This document shows, piece after piece, positions 63,643-64,000 of a DNA stretch of 64,000 nt. How positions within the stretch are numbered: position 1 is the stretch's first letter; the number at the start of each line of letters is the position of its first letter. The notes below the pieces were generated by a model. It was not told the DNA's origin, made no database searches, and saw only the letters and a list, made by a program, of their open reading frames with translations. The position numbers were made by a program, and so were the translations under genes. The stretch comes from Amoebidium appalachense. Lineage: Eukaryota > Protista > Ichthyosporea. The stretch spans positions 7,512,830-7,576,829 of the forward strand of contig CAVNZM010000008.1 in NCBI GenBank assembly GCA_963693365.1, read 5' to 3'.

Positions 63643-64000
63643 AAGCAATCCGAATTTGCAGGCCCTGTATCATGCTGATGAATGACGTACCCCATAATAC
63701 TGTCACTGGCAAGCATGTGAATTGCTCCGCTGAAAAACTCAGTGAGCCGTAATGCAAGGCTGGGTTCACTGGGTTCCCGGAGCGGGCGCCAGACATGTCT
63801 GTAACTTGTTTGGAAGGTGTGTAAACCCCTTTACTAATAGATTGATCATGCATGTACACTTGCTAATGTGGCAGCTAAATTCGAATAATAATGTTTAACA
63901 CCTTGAGGTTCACGAACATATGGACACACACATGTATGACCAGGAATCAGGACCCACGAATTTAGCACGTCATGATTCACACACCGTGTGCCTTTTTTCT

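Overview
Eukaryotic, intron-rich genomic DNA. GT-AG introns of about 0.5-1.5 kb are packed with poly-C/poly-G and (CA)n/(TG)n/(GA)n tracts, so almost all ORFs in the supplied track are microsatellite artefacts. The gene content (7TM and TM-RGS genes, a minor-spliceosome intron) fits a unicellular opisthokont-like protist, but the taxon cannot be fixed from this window. Genes spliced by hand: a Mutator-like (MULE) transposase running off the left edge (-) with a small divergent orphan gene; a 4-exon cytidine deaminase (+); an 8-exon aldo-keto reductase (-); a ~31-exon URB2/Npa2 gene (+, 15.9-42.8 kb) containing a U12-type intron; a multi-TM receptor-like gene with an in-frame TAG; an intronless secreted CX3C-repeat protein; a frameshifted TM-RGS pseudogene; and fragments of an unknown gene at the right. 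The most striking signal is a dispersed family of mostly 5'-truncated elements (about 7 sense-strand copies or fragments in URB2 introns). Its conserved, covarying RNA fold contains all three hammerhead-ribozyme core strands (GUH, GAAA, CUGANGA) in an order matching none of the type I/II/III circular permutations. One copy is interrupted by a TTAA-flanked piggyBac-like MITE.
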